From Octopus vulgaris (Eukaryota): 64,000 nucleotides of DNA. Shown one piece after another: positions 40,519-54,379 of the stretch; the stretch's first letter is position 1, and each line of letters starts with the position of its first letter. The DNA is taken from assembly GCA_951406725.2 (NCBI GenBank), contig OX597814.1, positions 14,632,001 through 14,696,000 of the forward strand. The letters run 5' to 3'. The notes below the pieces were generated by a model, which saw only the letters and a program-made list of their open reading frames with translations, did not search any database and was not told the origin of the DNA. The translations under genes and the position numbers were made by a program.

Positions 40519-41439
40519 TAATAATGATATTAAGGTAACATAAATAAAATGTCACATGCGTTTTTACGTGACTTTTGTCTCACCCGTTATGTATATGTAT
40601 ATACGTGTATATACACACTTATTTATATTTGTATATATGTGTGTGTGCGTGTGTGCGTGTGTGTGTATGTGTGTGTGTGTGTATGAATGTATGTTTAGAT
40701 GATGGATAAACGAACAAACGTGTTTTTTTCTGCTTTTTGTACTTTTGCATTAATCAGGACTTCACTTTAGAGAACATCTGGCACAGAGCAACTATCCACA
40801 AATCTAGCCAACATTACCTAGTATTTTACTTCAACGACCAGACAAGGATAACGGCCAGGTTGAATTCGGTGAGATCTGAACAAAGAACATACATTGCTGG
40901 AACGAACACCACAACCTATCTTTCTGAGACTCTGATAATTTAATGAAAAGAAAACTCTAAAAAAGCAGGCTACCAACAATTTTATTTAGCTCGTCATGAT
41001 ATGCCTCTGGATGTTACACTTTCAACAACCTCAATTATAGAAGCTATAATCAAAATATTTGACTCAGAGTTATATGAGCATATGCACCGAAATGGAAGTA
41101 AGAATGTTTATTAGACCCAAAATTTCCAGATATTTGAAGAGCTAATTTCTACGCACAATAAATTAATGAACTAATAGATTAATTAATTAATTAATTGATT
41201 GATTAATTAACTAATTAATAAAGAAGGATAAACCATTATGTAATATTTTTTGTCATTAACATCCAGCATCGCTACGCCGACCTGTTGGCTAGACAATACG
41301 AATATTTTGCATAAAGCATTCGATATATTTATGTACTATACACACACGCGCGCGCATTACATTATATTACACTGAATTACATTGTGTTACGTATGTGAGC
41401 GTGTATTTGTGCAGATGCAAATATGTATACTCACCTGTT

Positions 41440-41479
<40 letters not shown>

Positions 41480-41481
<2 letters not shown>

Positions 41482-41823
41482 TGTAGACTTGGCAATGATA
41501 CCCCGGATTCGCTCCATTTCCGCTCTACCGGTCATTCACTACATCACCTGTCTGTGTTCGGATTGTCTTTGCACAGGGGCCAACCGGACTCCCGTCTTCG
41601 CCGTAAGCAGAAATTAATCTTCTCTCTTCGCTCTTCTGCACCACATAGGTTCAACTCCCCTCCTCTTCTCTTTTCATCTGACACCTATTTCGTCCCTTCA
41701 CTCCTACCCATCCCTCCTCTCCTCCCTTCTTCTGACACTTTCTCTCCTCAGTTCTACTCACTTTCTCTCTTCATTGATAAACACGTCTACCAACATACCC
41801 CACCCCTACCCCAACATCGCTTC

Positions 41824-41874
<51 letters not shown>

Positions 41875-42345
41875 ACACACACACACCATACCCTGCACCA
41901 ATCCATACACCACTACTCCAAATTACACCACCGCACACCACTCCATACACACACTAGCCACTTCCCAGCACTCACACCACACACCAACACATTGCAGACT
42001 CGCACACTTATATATGCACACATCTACACCTGTCAAAGTCACTAGCCCCTATCTACACACATACATTTACTCATTCTCACATACACACACACGCACGCAC
42101 ACCTTCGTTTTGGGATCCCCAATACTTTACTATCTCCCCTTCTTTCTACCTCTCCTATCAGTCCGACCAGTCGCTATGTTTGACCGCTAAATCCACAAGT
42201 TTTTATTTTTATTTTTATTCTCCCTCTGTTTATTTTCTCTTATAACTTTCTGTTGAAGATCATATGCTCGAAATGTAAAAGACTTTCTCACTTACCCGAG
42301 GTTGTTGTGCATACACCTTCGTCTTTTGTTTTTGTGTCAATTTCA
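41480..42345 (+). mobile_element. Penelope-like 3' part: GIY-YIG C-terminus, CA-rich UTR, hammerhead-like motif (42246-42283)
   Basis: HFRSTGHSLHHLSVFGL...SRLRRKQKLIFSLRSSAPHRFN, then CUUU-CUGUUGA-A-GAUC-AUAU-GCUC-GAAAU-GUA-AAAG. Confidence 0.8.
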
Positions 42346-42414
42346 ACTGTATGTATGTATGTATGTATGTATGTATGTATGTATGTATGTATGTATGTAT
42401 GTATGTATGTATGA

Positions 42415-43910
42415 ATTGTGACCGCGTGTATACCGTTGGCGATTTTTTTTCCTCCGTCTTCCCTTCTTTGGATCTTTCCTTTTCTTATGCTTGTGACGAA
42501 GAGCTCCGCTCGAAACGTTAAATCCTCCTTCTTTCCTTCTTTCCTGAGCGTCCAATAATACTATACAAGGGGAGTTCAATAAGTAATTCCCCTGACCCAC
42601 TTCCCATAGGAGTAGAGCAATGAAACTTGGCACAGTTATTAGTCTTTTTCTACACAGGAACCACCCAGATTTATGCATTTCTCTCATCGTTTGATGCAGC
42701 TCTGGAGACCGTTTTTGTAGAAGACACCAGCTTGGTCCTCCAACCACGACGTGACTTCAGAAATCAAGGCTGCATCATCTGGGAAACGCTTTCCTTTCTA
42801 AAACAACTTCATGGCTGAGAAGAGGTGAAATCAGACGGTGCAAGGTCAGGAGAGTAGGGGGCATAGGTGAGGAGTTCATAGCCGCACGCCTGTGCTTCTG
42901 ATCTGGCGACACGCGAGTTGTGGACCGGAGCGTTGTCCTGCAGGAGGAGGATGCCTTTGCTGATCTTGCCCCGCCTCCTGATTTTGATAGCTTCTCTTAA
43001 TTTCCTCAAAAGTGAAGCATAATAGGCTCCTGTAATTGTGGTACCCTTTGCCAGGAAATCTGTCATCACTACTCTGTCTTGGTCCCAGAAGACTGTGAGC
43101 ATGACCTTGCCAGCGGAGGGCTGCACCCTTGCCTTCTTTGGAGGAGGTGAGTCACAGTGCTTCCACTGCATTGACTGGGCTTTGGTCTCTGGATCATCGT
43201 GATGGACCCAGGTTTCATCCTGTGTAATCAGTCTTTTGAAAAATGTTGACTCTTCTTCTTGGCACATCTCCAAATTCATCCTTGAGCACTCGACACGTTC
43301 TTGCTTCTGGAAAGGTGTGAGCAGCCTGGGAATCCATCTGGTAGACACCTTTTGCATATGCAAATGGTCATGAATGATAGTTTCCACAGACCCGGCACTA
43401 ATCTTGACCTCATCGGCTATTTGGCGAATAGTTATGCGTCGATCTTCCAAAATGGCAGCCTCAACTTGACGGACATATGCCTCATCAATGGCAGAAGGGG
43501 GGCGACCAGATCTGGAGCTGTTTCCACAGAGTTCCGACCATGTTTGAATTCACGATGCCAACTTTTTACAAGGTCATATGATGGGGCATCATCACCATAA
43601 GTTACTTTCATTACATTAAAAGTCTCCCGTGGTGTGCGTCTTTTCAAATACAAAAAACGGATCACTGATCGACACTCAACAGGCTCCATTTCACACTTGA
43701 CTCAGTTCAAACACCTGTAAATCAGACACCTCAATTAGTTCAGAGCTGTAATTTACCATTTAATTTATAGATATATAAATAATTGCACATGCAACATTTC
43801 AGCTAGGTCAAATAACTGCAAGTGGGTCAGAGGCATTACTTAGTGAACGTCCCTCGTATTTGTTCTACGTTCTCACGTTTTTAAATTGTGATTTCATGCT
43901 TGGATTAACT
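42415..43910 (+). mobile_element. Penelope-like terminus (hammerhead-like motif 42493-42520) split by a mariner
   Basis: gtgacgaagagctccgctcgaaacgtta...gagcgtccaataatacta[mariner]tttgttctacg...tggattaact; (TATG)n on both sides. Confidence 0.75.
42566..43856 (-). mobile_element. Full-length mariner (DD34D), same family as 13863-15141, frameshifted
   Basis: TIRs; TA TSD at 42564-42565 and 43857-43858; ATG at 43689; TQDETW, LQDNA and YSPDLAPSD motifs; frameshifts near 43510 and 42830. Confidence 0.95.
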
Positions 43911-44200
43911 ATGTATGTACGTATGTATGTATGTACGTATGTATGTATGTACGTATGTATGTATGTATGTATGTATGTATGTATGTATGTATGTATGTAT
44001 GTATGTATGTATGTATGTATGTATGTATGTATGTATGTGTGTATGTGTGTATGTATGTATGTGTGTATGTATGTGTGTATGTATGTGTATGTATGTATGT
44101 AAGTATGTGTGTGTATGTATGTATGTATGTATGTATGTATGTGTGTATGCATGTATGTATGTATGTATGTGTGTATGTGTGTATGTATGTATGTATGTAT

Positions 44201-44640
44201 GATACTTCGAAGATTACAGATCCAAGCCACCACTGGAACTGTAACAATCTGTAAAGCTTTCCAGAATTTTATCATTTAAGTATATATGAATATATCTATA
44301 TGTGCAAGTATATGCATGAGAAGACACACATAAAAGAAAACATACAAATGTGCACGTATACATACATGCATACATACATACATACATACATACATACATA
44401 CATACATACATACATACATACATACATACATACATACATACATGCATACATACATATATACATACATACATACATGTATACAGGCATACATACATACATA
44501 CATACATACATACATACATGTATACAGGCATACATACATGTTGTTGATATTGAAATTCCTATGAAGAAGCTCTGGATCTAGGTCAGGAACCGACTCTTTC
44601 TGTATCGGCAAGTATTCTTAAAATAAAACTGACTAATGAC
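44201..44640 (+). mobile_element. Short 3' end of a (CATA)n-associated REL LINE
   Basis: [22 protein letters not shown]; 3' end aataaaactgactaatga|catacata. Confidence 0.7.
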
Positions 44641-47212
44641 ATACATACAAACATACATACATACATACATACATACATACATACATACATACATACATAC
44701 ATACATACATGCATGCATGCATGCATACATACATACATACATACATACATACATACATACATACATACATACATACATACATACATACATACATACATAC
44801 ATACATACATACTTGTGTCAATGTATCCATGCATACATGTTTGAATCTGCTTTTCTGTCTGCATGTATGTATGTATGTATGTATGTATGTATGTATGTAT
44901 GTATGTATGTATGTATGTATGTATGTATGTACAAGTGTTTACAGATTTATGTATGAGTTGATGCTGTAATAATGAAGGTTTTCTTAAAAAGAACGCTTTG
45001 TTTTTCATTTCACAATGAAATACCATTCTTGAACAACATTTTAAAGTGAATTTCTTAGTCTGAAAGTCTCTGAAATTCGTTCCACACAAATGTTTATAGA
45101 ACCTTCAGATCTTAAATACAGTATTTAATCAAACATTTCACCAAATATAATCATTAATCCATGGCTACTCACAACTCATACTTTGAAATAAAATGATATA
45201 TATTTCCTACATGTTTTTTTGTGCGCAATAAGCGTCTTTGAGCTCACATCTCTCCAAGTTACATTCATGTGTCGATTTCAATTCTCGAGTTTATGCCAAC
45301 AAAATACTGTTTCCTTTGGTTCAAACAATAAAAATTCACTACATGCGTTAACTGTGCTTTTAACATGCACACATCTTAGACCGTTATGAAACATACCGAT
45401 TCGCAAAGCTTTCTCCTAATACATGAAACCTCAAATATCCATTCCATAACTCCGTATATTCAGACGAGAAAATAGAAGAAATTATGTGTTTATGATGTTT
45501 GACAGTTTATTAAAATAAGAATAAATCGTCACCACTAATACACCTTCTATGTTAAAGTATTGCTTTTTTGCTTCATTAATTTACATGGCGAAATATCCGG
45601 AGAAAATATTGTCATCTCGTATATCATTCAACCACGGTAGTGGTTGAATATATTCTTATGTCTACCATTTCGTCAATCGCAGCAGCTTCCAAGCTTCACC
45701 ACTAATTCAGTTCTCAACTAAATTGCAAACTGTTAACAGTCTTAAAGAGGACACCTCCTCAGCTACTCTTTGGCATAAATAGTTTGAGATTTCGTTCTGT
45801 AGAAAAAAGTCACAGTAAAATATCTGCGACCTCAGGGGGTGGAGGCAGTAAGGCAGATTCATCTTCAGTTAACATAACTTTTTAAATTATAAATTAAAGG
45901 TTTACCTTTCTTAGACTTAAATGATAGAAAAATGCATGAAAAATTCAGAATCGCTAGTTGCATTGAACAATAATTAGTAGAGAAAGAGAATTTTTAGGTA
46001 AAATGTTACGAAATTTCATGTCAGTAAATAAGGAAGAAAGGGAGTAACGCTTAAGCAATAAGAATAACGAATATATTTCTAAAATGAATGCCTTTTTTTA
46101 TCTAAGTAGACGAGCTGGCAGAAATGTTACCGTTCCAGGCGAAATGCTTTACGGTATTTTGTCTGTACGCTTTTTGAGTTCAAATTTCGTCAAGATCGAC
46201 TTTGACGTATAAATTATTTAATTTATTTTTTTTAACTAAACACTTTCAAACTTTTGATACTGGTAGAATATGTCACATAGAACAGGGTTTGTTCTTAACA
46301 TTTTTGACAAAGTTTTGTATTTTAGAAGTTATATCGTCAGAAGTTACAGAATGACAATGGATAAATTCGTGTTTGATAAGTGCCAATACACGAAATTCTC
46401 AGCTTTTGACTTACTCTCTGACTTCCACCAATAATATATATATACATATTACATATATATGTAAAAACATTTCATGACGCAATCGAACCAGTGAAAAGCC
46501 TCTACCTGGTCGCTCGACACGCTAAAAATAGCAGCCAAAGAATCTACCTACCTAAATAACACGCCCATTGTATGTAATGTCCTAGATTATCTCTAAAAAG
46601 ACGGTTTGCTGCAGGCTGGAATGTCTTTGATCATAGGTTTGCAGTATCAGGGTTTATTTGAGGTTAAATAACAACAACATTATGGTCAATTTCTATATTA
46701 ACACCCGCACGATTTTCACTCAGAAAAAAAAATTGATTTTTTGCGTGGAATCAAGTACCCTGACCTCCTAATATGCCGCAAATCCTTTATTTTGGTTCGG
46801 AAAAAATGAGGTTGGGGTTCCATCACCCCACCCCCAATCCCAGAATCACTGGAATTTTTTTTTTTTCGTTGAATGAATTCCTGTGACCTCCTAATACTGC
46901 AAAATTAAGTTACTTAAAGTGAGCCTGGTTGCTGGTAGTTTTGGGGTCTTGTTGTTTGTAACTTTTGGTGAGCCATGGTGCAACCAACAACATGGTAAAA
47001 ATCTCTGCCATAAAATTTGGTGTGGATGGGTAATATCAGATAATTCAATCACAGCTTATATTTAAATTAAACCCGTAAAAATTTAAATATTATCATCACT
47101 TGAATGGAAAAATTGAAATATTATCTTTCAGTATTTTATAAGGTAAAATCTTAAATTATTGACACATTATTAATTATCTTATAACTTCAACGCCTGGAAA
47201 AATCATGGATTT

Positions 47213-47711
47213 CATGGAAAAATGCGAGCAGGAAAAGTAATATTCTTAAGATTATAAACCTGGAAAAGTACAGGACAAGTTATTACACCTGTAAAACTAT
47301 AGGACAAGCTATTACTTCTAATATAGTAAAGAATAAGAAACTTCTTTAGTTAAAATATTGCAGCAAAGAATGCCAGGTCTTCTAATTTATCACTCTTTAC
47401 AGTTCTCATCTTTTAAATTTATTGTACAAAATTGTTCAGCAGATTTGTAAGTTTGTCTAGTTTGTCTAGTCACTTTTTCCAAAATTAAGGTAGTAAATTA
47501 GCCAAATTCTACTTAAATAAGTATAGTATTATTTGTAAACAAAAATAAAGTTTTAATATTCAAATTTTAATTTTAACTGCAATATTTTAAGTAAAAACTT
47601 TCTTATTCTTTACTTTACTAGAAGTAATAGCTTGTCCTATTCTTTTACATGTGTAATAAATTGTCCTGTACTTTTCCCGTATATTACTTTTCATGCTCAC
47701 ATTTTTCCATG
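47213..47711. mobile_element. MITE-like element with ~150-bp imperfect TIRs
   Basis: catggaaaaatgcgagcaggaaaagtaata...ggacaagctattacttcta...aaaatattgcag (47213-47362) is inverted at 47577-47711; a related copy lies at 61196-61390. Confidence 0.75.
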
Positions 47712-48375
47712 TAATTTAAACTGATCATCGGATGAAAAATAGATAATTTCTATACTAATTAGAATAAATAAATATTCAAGGGACACAATCACGAAAACTT
47801 GATTCAGAGTTATTTCCCCTGTAAGATTTTTTCTTTTACGATTTTTATTCTGTATGATTTAGGCCTTGAATTTTGAGCAGAAGGACGATCATTACATTGA
47901 TTCCAGTGGTCAACTGACACTTTATTTTATCAAACCCGAGAGAATAAAAATCTAATTCGACCTTTGCTGAATGTACTAAGCAATTTTATCCGACGCACTA
48001 CGATCTTGCCAGTTCACCGCTTTGTTCCCCTGTGAGCAATACAATCACAATTTAAGTAAATATCACAGTTTTTTTATTGGTCCAGTCATTGCAGCGTTGA
48101 GTAAAGTGCTTTGCCTTTTTCTCATTTTCCATTTTCTCCTCTTCTTTTTTTTCTTTTTTTTTTAGACGTCGTGTACAGTAGTTGAATTTTGCATCAGTCA
48201 AAGGTCTTCCGTCCCCCTTCAAAGTCGACAAATTTAGCACCAGTCGGGTATTACAGATGACTCTTTTCTCTCAGTATCGGCTAGATTGAGGTGCGAGAAA
48301 TTTAGAGGGGCCACTCACAGCGTCCATTGCTGCAAAAATAGAGGAAGCAATTAAAAAATCACACAAACTCACATA

Positions 48376-48429
<54 letters not shown>

Positions 48430-48603
48430 AATAAAATGAGATAGGGGTTGTAAATTCAACCCTCCATGGGATAACATATATCCAATATACTGCTAGAGAA
48501 GTACCCAACAAAGCTAATACATAAATGTTAAAAATTGCGATGCATTTAATTCATTTACTGTATTAGGTGGGCAAAGGTAAAATTATTTTTACCGTAAATT
48601 AAT

Positions 48604-48643
<40 letters not shown>

Positions 48644-49169
48644 CATACATATATGCGAGCTTCTATGCAATTGCTGTCTACCAAATTCATCCGCAAAGTG
48701 TAGATTTGTCCAAATTGCCGCACACTGGGATTGAACCCGAAACCAGAACTTGCGAAACAAACATCTTAACCACACGGCTATACCAGCGCCTAAGCAACCT
48801 TCTAAAATTGACAGTGCGTACTTGCAAGAAGAATGTAAAATACAAGATCGGGTTTTAATTAATCATAAAAGGCGCACAATATTACATTCTGACCCAGCTT
48901 ACACAGGACATGTATATGCGTTGTAAAAGTGAAAATAGCCTTTTAATCTCAAACGAGTGAAAAATTAAAGATTTCTCAGCTGTTGAAACTAATCATCAAT
49001 TACTAATATTGTTATCTGCTTAGTCGTAAAAACTTAAAAACCAATCATTTTCACAAGCACAGTTTGTGTATCTTCCTCTCTCTCTCTCTCTCTGAGTTTG
49101 TGCGTATCTGAGAGGATATGTGTGCAAGTGGTATGTGAGCGTATTCATTCATACATATGTCTCTTGTAT

Positions 49170-49357
49170 CTCTTCTAATTGTTTCGGTGGTAACACTACG
49201 GCTATGAAGAGATTTATTCGAACGAATCGAACCCAGTATTTCTGTTTTGGTTTCAGTCCTACTGCGTGGCGCCTTGGGCAAGTGTCTTCTGCTATGTCCC
49301 CAGGCCGACTAAAGCCTTGTGAGTGGATTTGGTAGACAGAAACTGAAACAATCTCGT

Positions 49358-49399
<42 letters not shown>

Positions 49400-49800
49400 T
49401 GTGTGTGTGTGCGTGTGTGTCTCTGTGTGTGTGTCTGTGTGTATGTGTGTCTATGTATGTCTGTGTCTCTGTGTGTCTTTGTGTGCTTCTGCGTGTGTGT
49501 GTGTGTGTGTGTGTCTGTGTGTCTGTGTGTCTGTGTGTCCGCCATCGCTTGACAACCGATGTTGGTGTGTTTACATCTCCGAAACTTAGCGGTTCGGTAA
49601 AGGAGAACCGATAGAATAAGTACTAGACTTACAAAGAATAAGTCCTGGGGGACGATTTGCTCGACTTCAAGACGGTGCTCCAGCATGGCCGCAGTCAAGT
49701 GACTGAAACAAGTAAAAGAATAAAAGAATAGAAGAGGTCCAACGCTATAATAGGAGACACTTGCCCAAAGTAACACGGGATTGAACCGGGAACCATGGGA
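49170..49800. mobile_element. Composite of SINE family B pieces
   Basis: CORE-like ccttgggcaagtgtcttc, (TG)n and the family tail, followed by an inverted head fragment. Confidence 0.8.
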
Positions 49801-49989
49801 ATGGGAAACAAACTTCGTACCATACAACAATGCCTCCATGTGTATCTGCGCGCATGTGCGGTTATATGTATGTGTTCATGTATATATGCAGGCATGTATG
49901 TATGCACGTATGCATGTATGTATGCACGTATGCACACACACAATATACATACTGACGTATATGTGTATATATGTATATATTTGTTGCAC

Positions 49990-50382
49990 TTCCAGAAGGG
50001 AAGGGTCTTCCTTTGATTCTGACATGCAATGTCTGTGCAAGACCCTGCCTCAGTAAAGCTGGACTCATGAGTCATCTTCGTAGTCATAAAACGAGACGGA
50101 TGAGTGACAACCTGGCCACTGGTGGTGGTGTAACACACCATACTAATCATATCTGTCGGTCATGTGGAAGAGAGTGTAATTCGACAGGAGGACTTAAACG
50201 ACATGCAAAGGTACATGAAGCCCAGTTACAACTACAGCCGGCTATTACCAGTAAAGGTCTTAGTTGCCAATTTTGTACAAGACATTGTAGATCTTTAGCT
50301 GGGCTAAAAAGTCACATTCGATCACAGCACCAGTAACAGTTAAGCTTCGTGCAATGGCCAAAATAACGAGGGGGCAGCCATA
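49990..50382 (+). mobile_element. 3' end of an RTE-like LINE encoding three C2H2 fingers
   Basis: CNVCARPCLSKAGLMSHLRSH, CRSCGRECNSTGGLKRHAKVH, CQFCTRHCRSLAGLKSHIRSQH*. The short 3' UTR recurs inverted at 52250-52330. Confidence 0.65.
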
Positions 50383-50409
50383 ATGCATGTAGGTAGGTAT
50401 GCAAGTACG

Positions 50410-50680
50410 TACGTAAATGGTCTGAACAATAAGTATCCAAACTGTTGCTATAGTACCGAAGCTAAAGCGCGCAAAATAAAGCCACTTGGCACAGATTGAC
50501 CTTGAACACAGTTGTACATGCGCACGAAGTTTTAACATTCTAGCTCACTTCCGCTATTTACAGCAATGCTTGGAAGGAAGGTGTGTAGTGTGTGATCGTT
50601 GCGTTGACAATGACAAATTTGAGCAGAGAATTTGCATCAGATTTTGCCAAAAGCATGACGAAACCTGCTCAGATGCCTTT
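50410..50680 (+). mobile_element. Mariner 5' fragment
   Basis: TIR-like ggtctgaacaataagtatcc; EQRICIRFCQKHDETCSDAF. Confidence 0.65.
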
Positions 50681-51354
50681 TCTCTTATTCTTTATTCTTT
50701 TACTTCTTTCAGTCATTTGACTGCGGCCATGCTGGAGCACCGTCTTTAGTCGAAGGAAACGACCCCAGGACTTATTCTTTATAAGCCTAGTAATTATTCT
50801 ATCAGTTTTTAATATATATTTATTATCGATGATGGCGACTAACCACCCTTTTGCGATTGCTGACCTTATGTCAGCCGAAACTATTATTTCGTAGCTCACT
50901 TCATCACTGAATAGACGCCCATTTGTATTATTTTCTCTAGAAACATACACGGCGATAATCTTCAAAAAGAATGTAATTTTTGCGAATATATGATAAAACA
51001 CTAACAAGTCTAATCTTCCTGGTGTGGTTGTAAATATTAACTGACAGGAAGTCTGTTGAATAATTTTGTCTTATAGTTAAAAAAATTGAGGAAATAAAGA
51101 TTCTATTACTATATCTGATTCCAGCAATGCCAATAGCATCAGATGGTGATGTATACATAGATACTTGTGTAACTGCTTTAATGCCAATATTAAGAAGGTG
51201 GGATACACAAAACTAGAAAGATCACGTCTAATCAGAAGATTAATTCTATAACCTGTCAAAGCTACTGTCATGCATACGTAAGTACATGGATAGCTGTGCT
51301 CTTGTGTGTGTTTGTGTGTGTGTGAAAGAGAGAGAGAGAGTGTGTGTGTGTTTG

Positions 51355-51389
<35 letters not shown>

Positions 51390-51687
51390 GAGAGAGAAAG
51401 AAAGGTGCGTGCATACGTGATTGCATACAAATATACATACAAGGCTAGCTAACTAGCTTGATATTTAAATGCCAATGACAGAACTTGTTTTTAGGCTAGA
51501 GAAAGCTTTTTCTCTCTCTCTGTACATACATGCATACATACATACACACACACACATACATATATATACATACATACATACATACATACACACACACATA
51601 CATACATGCATACATACATACACACACACACATACATACATACATACATACATACATACATACACACACACACATACATACATACAT

Positions 51688-51718
<31 letters not shown>

Positions 51719-51909
51719 TACATACATACATACATACATACTTACATACATACTTACATGCATGCATACATACATACACACACACATACATACATACATG
51801 CATGCATACATACATACATACATACACACACACACATACATACATACATACATACATACATACATACATACATACATACATACATACATACATACATACA
51901 TACATTCAT

Positions 51910-52220
51910 ACAAATTTAAACAAAATCCTAGAATCACTTGGTTTCACGGAAAAAGAGCGAAAGAAACTGACGCAGATTCACCAAACCCAATTTATTAGTG
52001 GCACAGTGAAGATTTGTAAGACATTCCAGAAATTCTCTATGTAAGATAATTATGTGAATAGATGCACATATTTGGGTGTACGCATTGACAGTTCAACCAA
52101 CGCACCAACTCAGCCTCATATTTACAAATACCAGGATCTCTCTTAACTCAAAACATCTTGTTGCTTTTTCAGCAACCGGCTTGAACTCTCTCACGAACAA
52201 TTTAAATTAAACAAAAAAAA
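51910..52220 (+). mobile_element. 3' end of a (CATA)n-associated REL LINE
   Basis: LESLGFTEKERKKLTQIHQTQFISGTVKICKTFQKFSM*; CATA repeats on both sides. Confidence 0.7.
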
Positions 52221-52249
52221 TCATACATACTTACAAACATACATACATG

Positions 52250-53230
52250 ATGGCTTCCCCCTCTTTATCGAGTATGGCCATTGCACGAAGCTTAACTGTT
52301 ATTGGTGATGTAATCGAATGTGACTTTTATTTGCTTTTTAAGGCTACAGCCAGCCATTCAGTTGAGACTCACAGCACTACCAACGATCATGAACAATGTT
52401 GTTATCGTGCAATGCCTGTGCAAGAAGATTTTTTTTAAAGTGAGGAAAGACTGTGCACTAAGTCAATCCCACTCACTAAGCAACAGCGTGGAGGCACATG
52501 GCCTAGTGGTTAGAGCAGCGGACTCGCCATCGAGGGATCGCGGGTTCGAATCTCAGACTAGACGATGTGTGTGTTTATGAGCGAAACACCTAAGCTCCAT
52601 GCGGCTCCGGTAGAAGCTAATGGCGAAACTTCTGCTGACTCTTTCGCTACAACTTTCTCTCACTCTTTCCTCCTACAACTTGCAGCTCACCTGCGACGGA
52701 CCGGCGTCCCGTCCAGGTGGGAACCTATATGCCAAGAAACCGGGAAACCGGACCTTATGAACCAGACATGGCTCGGGAAGGAACAAACAAACTAAGCAAC
52801 AGCAGCCATACTCCGAAAAGAAGAACAAGTCAACATCATCGGTAACCACTGAGCCACAGGTTTTATGTCGGAGTTATCCCAGTTACCTGAGTTACCTTCT
52901 CCTAGAAGGATGCTCTAACAAAGGCTTGGAGTCCTTCATTCCCAATGGCTTAACCGTGCGATCGGGTATTCAGTCCGATTATTTCTATGTCCCCGCGCAT
53001 GATACAGCCTTAAGCCTTAAGAGAAAGAAAAATACACATTTATTGGATAGCCGTTGTCTCTCAAGAGTTCCTCCGCCCTTTGACGGGTTTTGTTTTTCAT
53101 CCCGCAGGGTGTCCAATAAACACCTTCCTCACCAAGCAAGCTTGGTGGGGTTGCCAGTTTAGTCGCCGACGGCCCGACCATGCAACAGGTTGTACTGGGT
53201 TATATGTTACCAGTAGCACTCGAAAGTGAC
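52250..53230 (-). mobile_element. Internally deleted RTE-like element carrying a nested SINE
   Basis: 3' tail matches 50310-50382; the GC-richer non-coding stretch 52800-53230 is a putative 5' UTR; CATA repeats flank it. Confidence 0.55.
52488..52790 (+). mobile_element. tRNA-derived SINE family C (V-domain-like), 13-bp TSD
   Basis: A box tggcctagtgg, B box ggttcgaatct, cctgcgacggaccggcgtcccgtccagg; TSD ACTAAGCAACAGC at 52475-52487 and 52791-52803. Confidence 0.9.
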
Positions 53231-53276
53231 CATACATACATACATACATACATACATACATACATACATACATACA

Positions 53277-53309
<33 letters not shown>

Positions 53310-53389
53310 GCATGCATACATACATACATACATACATACATACATACATACATACATACATACAAACATACATACATACATACATATTG

Positions 53390-54230
53390 ACTGAGAAGAT
53401 GGTATATGGGTACTTGGCACGAAGTACGCAAGCTATAAAAAGGAATTGATCACGTCAAAAGATTGGCATAGAGTACTGATAAGTTTACGACTTTCCATTT
53501 CGAAGTTTAACTTCCATGCAACTGAAGAACAACAGAACCCCCCCCCTCCAATATCTACAATAGAAAAGGCAGGTAAGATTGACAGAAAACAAATATGCAA
53601 AACCAAGACTGAAGACGTCAACCACGTTATTGCCAACTGCGAGAGAGTGCTTAGAACAGTCTGGAACAGGATAGCAAAAAGAGAAAGCAGCACTGACAAA
53701 CATATATTGAAACCGACGGATCAAAAGAATATTGGTTGACCTTAAAAGTTAAAACAGCCGCCAAGTTGTAATACAACCGGTCAGATACTGTTGTGAGAAA
53801 CCAGAACGAAAATATATGCCCTGTTGTGGAAGTCAGCTGCCCTCTGAACACTAATGTTGTCAGGAAAATACTAGAGAAGAAGGACATCTATAGGCCATTG
53901 ATCTAGAGTTTTCAAAAACAGTACCCAAGATTCACTTTCAGCTTAATATCTATTGTTATTGGTTCAACGAGATACACTCTACCTGTCTGGAGAAAAGGAT
54001 AGACGAAATTAGGTTGTTGGGGAGAGGAAGCAATTCCTTAATTCATACACTACATATAATCACGAGATCTGAGACTATAAAAATTTGCCAGACTTTCTTA
54101 AGATTTAAAGCACGATGCAGAAAATCAGATACATTATTGAACAAATTTGCTACCAAGTAGGTGCTTGCGCAAAATTAACTCTAAATTTAAAAAACGAAAG
54201 TGAATATATATACGTGCATACATACATACA
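53390..54230 (+). mobile_element. Decayed REL LINE 3' part (CCHC knuckle plus endonuclease)
   Basis: Starts after (CATA)n; CKTKTEDVNHVIANC, NRSDTVV, VVEVSCPLNTN, TIKICQTF. Confidence 0.7.
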
Positions 54231-54379
54231 TGCATGCATACATACATGCAAAATACATACATACATATATACATGTACGCTTGCAGGCATTCATGCATAC
54301 ATACATGCATGCATGCCCAAATACGTCGCAACACTCTACTGTAAAATATCATCAGATGAAAGGATGAGCGTTTATGAGT

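Noticed and set aside
52488-52560. tRNA gene
   Set aside because: A and B boxes are present, but it is a TSD-flanked SINE head without an acceptor stem.
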